64,000 bases of DNA from Eledone cirrhosa (lineage: Eukaryota): the NCBI GenBank assembly GCA_964016885.1, contig OZ024758.1, positions 38,750,001-38,814,000 of the forward strand, given 5' to 3'. This document shows, piece by piece, positions 42,200-55,300 of this stretch (positions are counted from its first letter, which is position 1; the number at the start of each line of letters is the position of its first letter). Below the pieces are notes generated by a model. That model was not told where the DNA came from and made no database searches. It was given only the letters and a program-made list of their open reading frames with translations. The translations under genes were made by a program, and so were the position numbers.

Positions 42200-45100
42200 T
42201 TCATTTAAGTTCATGGTACTAGCTGTCAGAAGTAACCCCAATGTTGGTGAGAATTCATTTAAGTTCATGGTATTAGCTGTCAGAAGTCACTCCAATGTTG
42301 GTGAGAATTCATTTAAGTTCATGGTATTAGCTGTCAGAAGTCACTCCACTGTTGGTGAGAATTCATTTAAGTTCATGGTACTAGCTGTCAGAAGTAACCC
42401 CAATGTTGGTGAGAATTCATTTAAGTTCATGGTATTAGCTGTCAGAAGTCACTCCAATGTTGGTGAGAATTCATTTAAGTTCATGGTATTAGCTGTCAGA
42501 AGTAACTCCACTGTTGGTGAGAATCCATTTAAGTTCATGGTATTAGCTGTCAGAAGTAACCCCACTGTTGGTGAGAATTCATTTAAGTTCATGGTATTAG
42601 CTGTCAGAAGGAACTCCAATGTTGGTGAGAATTCATTTAAGTCATGGTACTAGCTGTCAGAAGTAACTCCACTGTTGGTGAGAATTCATTTAAGTTCATG
42701 GTATTAGCTGTCAGAAGGAACGCCACTGTTGGTGAGAATTCATTTAAGTTCATGGTATTAGCTGTCAGAAGTAACTCCACTGTTGGTGAGAATTCATTTA
42801 AGTTCATGGTACTAGCTGTCAGAAGTAACTCCAATGTTGGTGAGAATTCATTTAATTTCATGGTATTAGCTGTCAGAAGGAACTCCACTGTTGGTGAGAA
42901 TTCATTTAAGTTCATGGTATTAGCTGTCAGAAGTAACTCCACTGTTGGTGAGAATTCATTTATGTTCATGGTACTAGTTGTCAGAAGTAACTCCACTGTT
43001 GGTGAGAATTCATTTAAGTTCATGGTATTAGCTGTCAGAAGTAACTCCACTGTTGGTGAGAATTCATTTAAGTCATGGTATTAGCTGTCAGATGTAACTC
43101 CATTGTTGGTGAGAATTCATTTAAGTCATGGTACTAGCTGTCAGAAGTAACTCCACTGTTGGTGAGAATTCATGTAAGTTCATGGTATTAGCTGTCAGAA
43201 GGAACTCCACTGTTGGTGAGAATTCATTTAAGTTCATGGTACTAGCTGTTAGAAGTAACTCCACTGTTGGTGAGAATTCATTTAAGTTCATGGTATTAGC
43301 TGTCAGAAGTAACTCCACTGTTGGTGAGAATTCATTTAAGTTCATGGTATTAGCTGTCAGAAGTAACTCCACTGTTGGTGAGAATTCATTTAAGTTCATG
43401 GTATTAGCTGTCAGAAGTAACTCCACTGTTGGTGAGAATTCATTTAAGTCATGGTACTAGCTGTCAGAAGTAACTCCACTGTTGGTGAGAATTCATTTAA
43501 GTTCATGGTATTAGCTGTCAGAAGGAACGCCACTGTTGGTGAGAATTCATTTAAGTTCATGGTACTAGCTGTCAGAAGTAACCCCAATGTTGGTGAGAAT
43601 TCATTTAAGTTCATGGTATTAGCTGTCAGAAGTCACTCCAATGTTGGTGAGAATTCATTTAAGTTCATGGTATTAGCTGTCAGAAGTCACTCCACTGTTG
43701 GTGAGAATTCATTTAAGTTCATGGTACTAGCTGTCAGAAGTAACCCCAATGTTGGTGAGAATTCATTTAAGTTCATGGTATTAGCTGTCAGAAGTCACTC
43801 CAATGTTGGTGAGAATTCATTTAAGTTCATGGTATTAGCTGTCAGAAGTAACTCCACTGTTGGTGAGAATCCATTTAAGTTCATGGTATTAGCTGTCAGA
43901 AGTAACCCCACTGTTGGTGAGAATTCATTTAAGTTCATGGTATTAGCTGTCAGAAGGAACTCCAATGTTGGTGAGAATTCATTTAAGTCATGGTACTAGC
44001 TGTCAGAAGTAACTCCACTGTTGGTGAGAATTCATTTAAGTTCATGGTATTAGCTGTCAGAAGGAACGCCACTGTTGGTGAGAATTCATTTAAGTTCATG
44101 GTATTAGCTGTCAGAAGTAACTCCACTGTTGGTGAGAATTCATTTAAGTTCATGGTACTAGCTGTCAGAAGTAACTCCAATGTTGGTGAGAATTCATTTA
44201 ATTTCATGGTATTAGCTGTCAGAAGGAACTCCACTGTTGGTGAGAATTCATTTAAGTTCATGGTATTAGCTGTCAGAAGTAACTCCACTGTTGGTGAGAA
44301 TTCATTTATGTTCATGGTACTAGTTGTCAGAAGTAACTCCACTGTTGGTGAGAATTCATTTAAGTTCATGGTATTAGCTGTCAGAAGTAACTCCACTGTT
44401 GGTGAGAATTCATTTAAGTCATGGTATTAGCTGTCAGATGTAACTCCATTGTTGGTGAGAATTCATTTAAGTCATGGTACTAGCTGTCAGAAGTAACTCC
44501 ACTGTTGGTGAGAATTCATGTAAGTTCATGGTATTAGCTGTCAGAAGGAACTCCACTGTTGGTGAGAATTCATTTAAGTTCATGGTACTAGCTGTTAGAA
44601 GTAACTCCACTGTTGGTGAGAATTCATTTAAGTTCATGGTATTAGCTGTCAGAAGTAACTCCACTGTTGGTGAGAATTCATTTAAGTTCATGGTATTAGC
44701 TGTCAGAAGTAACTCCACTGTTGGTGAGAATTCATTTAAGTTCATGGTATTAGCTGTCAGAAGTAACTCCACTGTTGGTGAGAATTCATTTAAGTCATGG
44801 TACTAGCTGTCAGAAGTAACTCCACTGTTGGTGAGAATTCATTTAAGTTCATGGTATTAGCTGTCAGAAGGAACGCCACTGTTGGTGAGAATTCATTTAA
44901 GTTCATGGTATTAGCTGTCAGAAGTAACTCCACTGTTGGTGAGAATTCATTTAAGTTCATGGTACTAGCTGTCAGAAGTAACCCCAATGTTGGTGAGAAT
45001 TCATTTAAGTTTATGGTATTAGCTGTCAGAAGTCACTCCAATGTTGGTGAGAATTCATTTAAGTTCATGGTATTAGCTGTCAGAAGTAACTCCACTGTTG

Positions 45101-46760
45101 GTGAGAATTCATTTAAGTTCATGGTATTAGCTGTCAGAAGTAACTCCACTGTTGGTGAGAATTCATTTAAGTTCATGGTATTAGCTGTCAGAAGTAACTC
45201 CACTGTTGGTGAGAATTCATTTAAGTTCATGGTACTAGCTGTCAGAAGTCACTCCAATGTTGGTGAGAATTCATTTAAGTTCATGGTATTAGCTGTCAGA
45301 AGTAACTCCACTGTTGGTGAGAATTCATTTAAGTTCATGGTACTAGCTGTCAGAAGTAACCCCAATGTTGGTGAGAATTCATTTAAGTTCATGGTATTAG
45401 CTGTCAGAAGTCACTCCAATGTTGGTGAGAATTCATTTAAGTTCATGGTATTAGCTGTCAGAAGTCACTCCACTGTTGGTGAGAATTCATTTAAGTTCAT
45501 GGTACTAGCTGTCAGAAGTAACCCCAATGTTGGTGAGAATTCATTTAAGTTCATGGTATTAGCTGTCAGAAGTCACTCCAATGTTGGTGAGAATTCATTT
45601 AAGTTCATGGTATTAGCTGTCAGAAGTAACTCCACTGTTGGTGAGAATCCATTTAAGTTCATGGTATTAGCTGTCAGAAGTAACCCCACTGTTGGTGAGA
45701 ATTCATTTAAGTTCATGGTATTAGCTGTCAGAAGGAACTCCAATGTTGGTGAGAATTCATTTAAGTCATGGTACTAGCTGTCAGAAGTAACTCCACTGTT
45801 GGTGAGAATTCATTTAAGTTCATGGTATTAGCTGTCAGAAGGAACGCCACTGTTGGTGAGAATTCATTTAAGTTCATGGTATTAGCTGTCAGAAGTAACT
45901 CCACTGTTGGTGAGAATTCATTTAAGTTCATGGTACTAGCTGTCAGAAGTAACTCCAATGTTGGTGAGAATTCATTTAATTTCATGGTATTAGCTGTCAG
46001 AAGGAACTCCACTGTTGGTGAGAATTCATTTAAGTTCATGGTATTAGCTGTCAGAAGTAACTCCACTGTTGGTGAGAATTCATTTATGTTCATGGTACTA
46101 GTTGTCAGAAGTAACTCCACTGTTGGTGAGAATTCATTTAAGTTCATGGTATTAGCTGTCAGAAGTAACTCCACTGTTGGTGAGAATTCATTTAAGTCAT
46201 GGTATTAGCTGTCAGATGTAACTCCATTGTTGGTGAGAATTCATTTAAGTCATGGTACTAGCTGTCAGAAGTAACTCCACTGTTGGTGAGAATTCATGTA
46301 AGTTCATGGTATTAGCTGTCAGAAGGAACTCCACTGTTGGTGAGAATTCATTTAAGTTCATGGTACTAGCTGTTAGAAGTAACTCCACTGTTGGTGAGAA
46401 TTCATTTAAGTTCATGGTATTAGCTGTCAGAAGTAACTCCACTGTTGGTGAGAATTCATTTAAGTTCATGGTATTAGCTGTCAGAAGTAACTCCACTGTT
46501 GGTGAGAATTCATTTAAGTTCATGGTATTAGCTGTCAGAAGTAACTCCACTGTTGGTGAGAATTCATTTAAGTCATGGTACTAGCTGTCAGAAGTAACTC
46601 CACTGTTGGTGAGAATTCATTTAAGTTCATGGTATTAGCTGTCAGAAGGAACGCCACTGTTGGTGAGAATTCATTTAAGTTCATGGTATTAGCTGTCAGA
46701 AGTAACTCCACTGTTGGTGAGAATTCATTTAAGTTCATGGTACTAGCTGTCAGAAGTAAC
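42200..46760. repeat. Three tandem copies of a block with periods 1346 and 1778 bp (25 and 33 monomers)
   Basis: ORF starts at 42644/43990/45768 and 43128/44474/46252. Each copy carries the variants 'cagatgtaac', 'catgtaag' and 'gctgttaga'. Confidence 0.87.
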
Positions 46761-49399
46761 CCCAATGTTGGTGAGAATTCATTTAAGTTCACGGTATTAG
46801 CTGTCAGAAGTAACTCCACTGTTGGTGAGAATTCATTTAAGTTCATGGTATTAGCTGTCAGAAGTAACTCCACTGTTGGTGAGAATTCATTTAAGTTCAT
46901 GGTATTAGTTTGTCAGAAGTAACTCCACTGTTGGTGAGAATTCATTTAAGTCATGGTATTAGTTGTCAGAAGTAACTCCAATGTTGGTGAGAATTCATTT
47001 AAGTTCATGGTATTAGCTGTCAGAAGTAACTCCACTGTTGGTGAGAATTCATTTAAGTTCATGGTATTAGCTGTCAGAAGTAACTCCACTGTTGGTGAGA
47101 ATTCATTTAAGTTCATGGTATTAGCTGTCAGAAGTAACTCCACTGTTGGTGAGAATTCATTTAAGTTCATGGTACTAGCTGTCAGAAGTCACTCCAATGT
47201 TGGTGAGAATTCATTTAAGTTCATGGTATTAGCTGTCAGAAGTAACTCCACTGTTGGTGAGAATTCATTTAAGTTCATGGTACTAGCTGTCAGAAGTAAC
47301 CCCAATGTTGGTGAGAATTCATTTAAGTTCATGGTATTAGCTGTCAGAAGTCACTCCAATGTTGGTGAGAATTCATTTAAGTTCATGGTATTAGCTGTCA
47401 GAAGTCACTCCACTGTTGGTGAGAATTCATTTAAGTTCATGGTACTAGCTGTCAGAAGTAACCCCAATGTTGGTGAGAATTCATTTAAGTTCATGGTATT
47501 AGCTGTCAGAAGTCACTCCAATGTTGGTGAGAATTCATTTAAGTTCATGGTATTAGCTGTCAGAAGTAACTCCACTGTTGGTGAGAATCCATTTAAGTTC
47601 ATGGTATTAGCTGTCAGAAGTAACCCCACTGTTGGTGAGAATTCATTTAAGTTCATGGTATTAGCTGTCAGAAGGAACTCCAATGTTGGTGAGAATTCAT
47701 TTAAGTCATGGTACTAGCTGTCAGAAGTAACTCCACTGTTGGTGAGAATTCATTTAAGTTCATGGTATTAGCTGTCAGAAGGAACGCCACTGTTGGTGAG
47801 AATTCATTTAAGTTCATGGTATTAGCTGTCAGAAGTAACTCCACTGTTGGTGAGAATTCATTTAAGTTCATGGTACTAGCTGTCAGAAGTAACTCCAATG
47901 TTGGTGAGAATTCATTTAATTTCATGGTATTAGCTGTCAGAAGGAACTCCACTGTTGGTGAGAATTCATTTAAGTTCATGGTATTAGCTGTCAGAAGTAA
48001 CTCCACTGTTGGTGAGAATTCATTTATGTTCATGGTACTAGTTGTCAGAAGTAACTCCACTGTTGGTGAGAATTCATTTAAGTTCATGGTATTAGTTGTC
48101 AGAAGTAACTCCACTGTTGGTGAGAATTCATTTAAGTCATGGTATTAGTTGTCAGAAGTAACTCCAATGTTGGTGAGAATTCATTTAAGTTCATGGTACT
48201 AGCTGTCAGAAGTAACTCCACTGTTGGTGAGAATTCATTTAAGTTCATGGTATTAGCTGTCAGAAGTAACTCCACTGTTGGTGAGAATTCATTTAAGTCA
48301 TGGTATTAGCTGTCAGAACTAACTCCATTGTTGGTGAGAATTCATTTAAGTCATGGTACTAGCTGTCAGAAGTAACTCCACTGTTGGTGAGAATTCATTT
48401 AAGTTCATGGTATTAGCTGTCAGAAGGAACGCCACTGTTGGTGAGAATTCATTTAAGTTCATGGTATTAGCTGTCAGAAGTAACTCCACTGTTGGTGAGA
48501 ATTCATTTAAGTTCATGGTACTAGCTGTCAGAAGTAACTCCAATGTTGGTGAGAATTCATTTAAGTTCATGGTATTAGCTGTCAGAAGGAACTCCACTGT
48601 TGGTGAGAATTCATTTAAGTTCATGGTATTAGCTGTCAGAAGTAACTCCACTGTTGGTGAGAATTCATTTAAGTTCATGGTATTAGTTGTCAGAAGTAAC
48701 TCCACTGTTGGTGAGAATTCATTTAAGTCATGGTATTAGTTGTCAGAAGTAACTCCAATGTTGGTGAGAATTCATTTAAGTTCATGGTACTAGCTGTCAG
48801 AAGTAACTCCACTGTTGGTGAGAATTCATTTAAGTTCATGGTATTAGCTGTCAGAAGTCACTCCAATGTTGGTGAGAATTCATTTAAGTTCATGGTATTA
48901 GCTGTCAGAAGTAACTCCACTGTTGGTGAGAATTCATTTAAGTTCATGGTATTAGCTGTCAGAAGTAACTCCACTGTTGGTGAGAATTCATTTAAGTTCA
49001 TGGTATTAGCTGTCAGAAGTAACTCCACTGTTGGTGAGAATTCATTTAAGTTCATGGTATTAGCTGTCAGAAGTCACTCCAATGTTGGTGAGAATTCATT
49101 TAAGTTCACGGTATTAGCTGTCAGAAGTAACTCCACTGTTGGTGAGAATTCATTTAAGTTCATGGTATTAGCTGTCAGAAGTAACTCCACTGTTGGTGAG
49201 AATTCATTTAAGTTCATGGTATTAGTTTGTCAGAAGTAACTCCACTGTTGGTGAGAATTCATTTAAGTCATGGTATTAGTTGTCAGAAGTAACTCCAATG
49301 TTGGTGAGAATTCATTTAAGTTCATGGTATTAGCTGTCAGAAGTAACTCCACTGTTGGTGAGAATTCATTTAAGTTCATGGTATTAGCTGTCAGAAGTA

Positions 49400-52300
49400 A
49401 CTCCACTGTTGGTGAGAATTCATTTAAGTTCATGGTATTAGCTGTCAGAAGTAACTCCACTGTTGGTGAGAATTCATTTAAGTTCATGGTACTAGCTGTC
49501 AGAAGTCACTCCAATGTTGGTGAGAATTCATTTAAGTTCATGGTATTAGCTGTCAGAAGTAACTCCACTGTTGGTGAGAATTCATTTAAGTTCATGGTAC
49601 TAGCTGTCAGAAGTAACCCCAATGTTGGTGAGAATTCATTTAAGTTCATGGTATTAGCTGTCAGAAGTCACTCCAATGTTGGTGAGAATTCATTTAAGTT
49701 CATGGTATTAGCTGTCAGAAGTCACTCCACTGTTGGTGAGAATTCATTTAAGTTCATGGTACTAGCTGTCAGAAGTAACCCCAATGTTGGTGAGAATTCA
49801 TTTAAGTTCATGGTATTAGCTGTCAGAAGTCACTCCAATGTTGGTGAGAATTCATTTAAGTTCATGGTATTAGCTGTCAGAAGTAACTCCACTGTTGGTG
49901 AGAATCCATTTAAGTTCATGGTATTAGCTGTCAGAAGTAACCCCACTGTTGGTGAGAATTCATTTAAGTTCATGGTATTAGCTGTCAGAAGGAACTCCAA
50001 TGTTGGTGAGAATTCATTTAAGTCATGGTACTAGCTGTCAGAAGTAACTCCACTGTTGGTGAGAATTCATTTAAGTTCATGGTATTAGCTGTCAGAAGGA
50101 ACGCCACTGTTGGTGAGAATTCATTTAAGTTCATGGTATTAGCTGTCAGAAGTAACTCCACTGTTGGTGAGAATTCATTTAAGTTCATGGTACTAGCTGT
50201 CAGAAGTAACTCCAATGTTGGTGAGAATTCATTTAATTTCATGGTATTAGCTGTCAGAAGGAACTCCACTGTTGGTGAGAATTCATTTAAGTTCATGGTA
50301 TTAGCTGTCAGAAGTAACTCCACTGTTGGTGAGAATTCATTTATGTTCATGGTACTAGTTGTCAGAAGTAACTCCACTGTTGGTGAGAATTCATTTAAGT
50401 TCATGGTATTAGTTGTCAGAAGTAACTCCACTGTTGGTGAGAATTCATTTAAGTCATGGTATTAGTTGTCAGAAGTAACTCCAATGTTGGTGAGAATTCA
50501 TTTAAGTTCATGGTACTAGCTGTCAGAAGTAACTCCACTGTTGGTGAGAATTCATTTAAGTTCATGGTATTAGCTGTCAGAAGTAACTCCACTGTTGGTG
50601 AGAATTCATTTAAGTCATGGTATTAGCTGTCAGAACTAACTCCATTGTTGGTGAGAATTCATTTAAGTCATGGTACTAGCTGTCAGAAGTAACTCCACTG
50701 TTGGTGAGAATTCATTTAAGTTCATGGTATTAGCTGTCAGAAGGAACGCCACTGTTGGTGAGAATTCATTTAAGTTCATGGTATTAGCTGTCAGAAGTAA
50801 CTCCACTGTTGGTGAGAATTCATTTAAGTTCATGGTACTAGCTGTCAGAAGTAACTCCAATGTTGGTGAGAATTCATTTAAGTTCATGGTATTAGCTGTC
50901 AGAAGGAACTCCACTGTTGGTGAGAATTCATTTAAGTTCATGGTATTAGCTGTCAGAAGTAACTCCACTGTTGGTGAGAATTCATTTAAGTTCATGGTAT
51001 TAGTTGTCAGAAGTAACTCCACTGTTGGTGAGAATTCATTTAAGTCATGGTATTAGTTGTCAGAAGTAACTCCAATGTTGGTGAGAATTCATTTAAGTTC
51101 ATGGTACTAGCTGTCAGAAGTAACTCCACTGTTGGTGAGAATTCATTTAAGTTCATGGTATTAGCTGTCAGAAGTCACTCCAATGTTGGTGAGAATTCAT
51201 TTAAGTTCATGGTATTAGCTGTCAGAAGTAACTCCACTGTTGGTGAGAATTCATTTAAGTTCATGGTATTAGCTGTCAGAAGTAACTCCACTGTTGGTGA
51301 GAATTCATTTAAGTTCATGGTATTAGCTGTCAGAAGTAACTCCACTGTTGGTGAGAATTCATTTAAGTTCATGGTATTAGCTGTCAGAAGGAACTCCAAT
51401 GTTGGTGAGAATTCATTTAAGTCATGGTACTAGCTGTCAGAAGTAACTCCACTGTTGGTGAGAATTCATTTAAGTTAATGGTATTAGCTGTCAGAAGGAA
51501 CGCCGCTGTTGGTGAGAATTCATTTAAGTTCATGGTATTAGCTGTCAGAAGTAACTCCACTGTTGGTGAGAATTCATTTAAGTTCATGGTACTAGCTGTC
51601 AGAAGTATCTCCAATGTTGGTGAGAATTCATTTAAGTTCATGGTATTAGCTGTCAGAAGGAACTCCACTGTTGGTGAGAATTCATTTAAGTTCATGGTAT
51701 TAGCTGTCAGAAGTAACTCCACTGTTGGTGAGAATTCATTTAAGTTCATGGTATTAGCTGTCAGAAGTAACTCCACTGTTGGTGAGAATTCATTTAAGTT
51801 CATGGTACTAGCTGTCAGAAGTAACTCCACTGTTGGTGAGAATTCATTTAAGTTCATGGTATTAGTTTGTCAGAAGTAACTCCACTGTTGGTGAGAATTC
51901 ATTTAAGTCATGGTATTAGTTGTCAGAAGTAACTCCAATGTTGGTGAGAATTCATTTAAGTTCATGGTATTAGCTGTCAGAAGTAACTCCTCTGTTGGTG
52001 AGAATTCATTTAAGTTCATGGTACTAGCTGTCAGAAGTAACTCCACTGTTGGTGAGAATTCATTTAAGTTCATGGTATTAGCTGTCAGAAGTCACTCCAC
52101 TGTTGGTGAGAATTCATTTAAGTTCATGGTACTAGCTGTCAGAAGTAACCCCAATGTTGCTGAGAATTCATTTAAGTTCATGGTATTAGCTGTCAGAAGT
52201 CACTCCAATGTTGGTGAGAATTCATTTAAGTTCATGGTATTAGCTGTCAGAAGTAACTCCACTGTTGGTGAGAATTCATTTAAGTTCATGGTATTAGCTG

Positions 52301-55300
52301 TCAGAAGTAACTCCACTGTTGGTGAGAATCCATTTAAGTTCATGGTATTAGCTGTCAGAAGTAACCCCACTGTTGGCGAGAATTCATTTAAGTTCATGGT
52401 ATTAGCTGTCAGAAGGAACTCCAATGTTGGTGAGAATTCATTTAAGTCATGGTACTAGCTGTCAGAAGTAACTCCACTGTTGGTGAGAATTCATTTAAGT
52501 TCATGGTATTAGCTGTCAGAAGGAACGCCACTGTTGGTGAGAATTCATTTAAGTTCATGGTATTAGCTGTCAGAAGTAACTCCACTGTTGGTGAGAATTC
52601 ATTTAAGTTCATGGTACTAGCTGTCAGAAGTAACTCCAATGTTGGTGAGAATTCATTTAATTTCATGGTATTAGCTGTCAGAAGGAACTCCACTGTTGGT
52701 GAGAATTCATTTAAGTTCATGGTATTAGCTGTCAGAAGTAACTCCACTGTTGGTGAGAATTCATTTATGTTCATGGTACTAGTTGTCAGAAGTAACTCCA
52801 CTGTTGGTGAGAATTCATTTAAGTTCATGGTATTAGTTGTCAGAAGTAACTCCACTGTTGGTGAGAATTCATTTAAGTCATGGTATTAGTTGTCAGAAGT
52901 AACTCCAATGTTGGTGAGAATTCATTTAAGTTCATGGTACTAGCTGTCAGAAGTAACTCCACTGTTGGTGAGAATTCATTTAAGTTCATGGTATTAGCTG
53001 TCAGAAGTAACTCCACTGTTGGTGAGAATTCATTTAAGTCATGGTATTAGCTGTCAGAAGTAACTCCATTGTTGGTGAGAATTCATTTAAGTCATGGTAC
53101 TAGCTGTCAGAAGTAACTCCACAGTTGGTGAGAATTCATTTAAGTTCATGCTATTAACTGTCAGAAGGAACTCCACTGTTGGTGAGAATTCATTTAAGTT
53201 CATGGTATTAGCTGTCAGAAGGAACTCCAATGTTGGTGAGAATTCATTTAAGTCATGGTACTAGCTGTCAGAAGTAACTCCACTGTTGGTGAGAATTCAT
53301 TTAAGTTCATGGTATTAGCTGTCAGAAGGAACGCCACTGTTGCTGATAATTCATTTAAGTTCATGGTATTAGCTGTCAGAAGTAAATCCACTGTTGGTGA
53401 GAATTCATTTAAGTTCATGGTACTAGCTGTCAGAAGTAACTCCAATGTTGGTGAGAATTCATTTAAGTTCATGGTATTAGCTGTCAGAAGGAACTCCACT
53501 GTTGGTGAGAATTCATTTAAGTTCATGGTATTAGCTGTCAGAAGTAACTCCACTGTTGGTGAGAATTCATTTAAGTTCATGGTATTAGTTGTCAGAAGTA
53601 ACTCCACTGTTGGTGAGAATTCATTTAAGTCATGGTATTAGTTGTCAGAAGTAACTCCAATGTTGGTGAGAATTCATTTAAGTTCATGGTACTAGCTGTC
53701 AGAAGTAACTCCACTGTTGGTGAGAATTCATTTAAGTTCATGGTATTAGCTGTCAGAAGTAACTCCACTGTTGGTGAGAATTCATTTAAGTCATGGTATT
53801 AGCTGTCAGAAGTAACTCCATTGTTGGTGAGAATTCATTTAAGTCATGGTACTAGCTGTCAGAAGTAACTCCACTGTTGGTGAGAATTCATTTAAGTTCA
53901 TGGTATTAGCTGTCAGAAGGAACTCCACTGTTGGTGAGAATTCATTTAAGTTCATGGTACTAGCTGTCAGAAGTAACTCCAATGTTGGTGAGAATTCATT
54001 TAAGTTCATGGTATTAGCTGTCAGAAGGAACTCCAATGTTGGTGAGAATTCATTTAAGTCATGGTACTAGCTGTCAGAAGTAACTCCACTGTTGGTGAGA
54101 ATTCATTTAAGTTCATGGTATTAGCTGTCAGAAGGAACGCCACTGTTGGTGAGAATTCATTTAAGTTCATGGTATTAGCTGTCAGAAGTAACTCCACTGT
54201 TGGTGAGAATTCATTTAAGTTCATGGTACTAGCTGTCAGAAGTAACTCCAATGTTGGTGAGAATTCATTTAAGTTCATGGTATTAGCTGTCAGAAGGAAC
54301 TCCACTGTTGGTGAGAATTCATTTAAGTTCATGGTATTAGCTGTCAGAAGTAACTCCACTGTTGGTGAGAATTCATTTAAGTTCATGGTATTAGTTGTCA
54401 GAAGTAACTCCACTGTTGGTGAGAATTCATTTAAGTCATGGTATTAGTTGTCAGAAGTAACTCCAATGTTGGTGAGAATTCATTCAAGTTCATGGTACTA
54501 GCTGTCAGAAGTAACTCCACTGTTGGTGAGAATTCATTTAAGTCATGGTATTAGCTGTCAGAAGTAACTCCATTGTTGGTGAGAATTCATTTAAGTCATG
54601 GTACTAGCTGTCAGAAGTAACTCCACTGTTGGTGAGAATTCATTTAAGTTCATGGTATTAGCTGTCAGAAGGAACTCCACTGTTGGTGAGAATTCATTTA
54701 AGTTCATGGTACTAGCTGTCAGAAGTAACTCCACTGTTGGTGAGAATTCATTTAAGTTCATGGTATTAGTTTGTCAGAAGTAACTCCACTGTTGGTGAGA
54801 TTTCATTTAAGTCATGGTATTAGTTGTCAGAAGTAACTCCAATGTTGGTGAGAATTCATTTAAGTCATGGTACTAGCTGTCAGAAGTAACTCCACTGTTG
54901 GTGAGAATTCATTTAAGTTCATGGTATTAGCTGTCAGAAGGAACTCCAATGTTGGTGAGAATTCATTTAAGTCATGGTACTAGCTGTCAGAAGTAACTCC
55001 ACTGTTGGTGAGAATTCATTTAAGTTCATGGTATTATCTGTCAGAAGGAACGCCACTGTTGGTGAGAATTCATTTAAGTTCATGGTATTAGCTGTCAGAA
55101 GTAACTCCACTGTTGGTGAGAATTCATTTAAGTTCATGGTATTAGCTGTCAGAAGTAACTCCACTGTTGGTGAGAATTCATTTAAGTTCATGGTACTAGC
55201 TGTCAGAAGTAACTCCACTGTTGGTGAGAGTTCATTTAAGTTCATGGTATTAGCTGACAGAAGGAACTCCACTGTTGGTGAGAATTCATTTAAGTTCATG

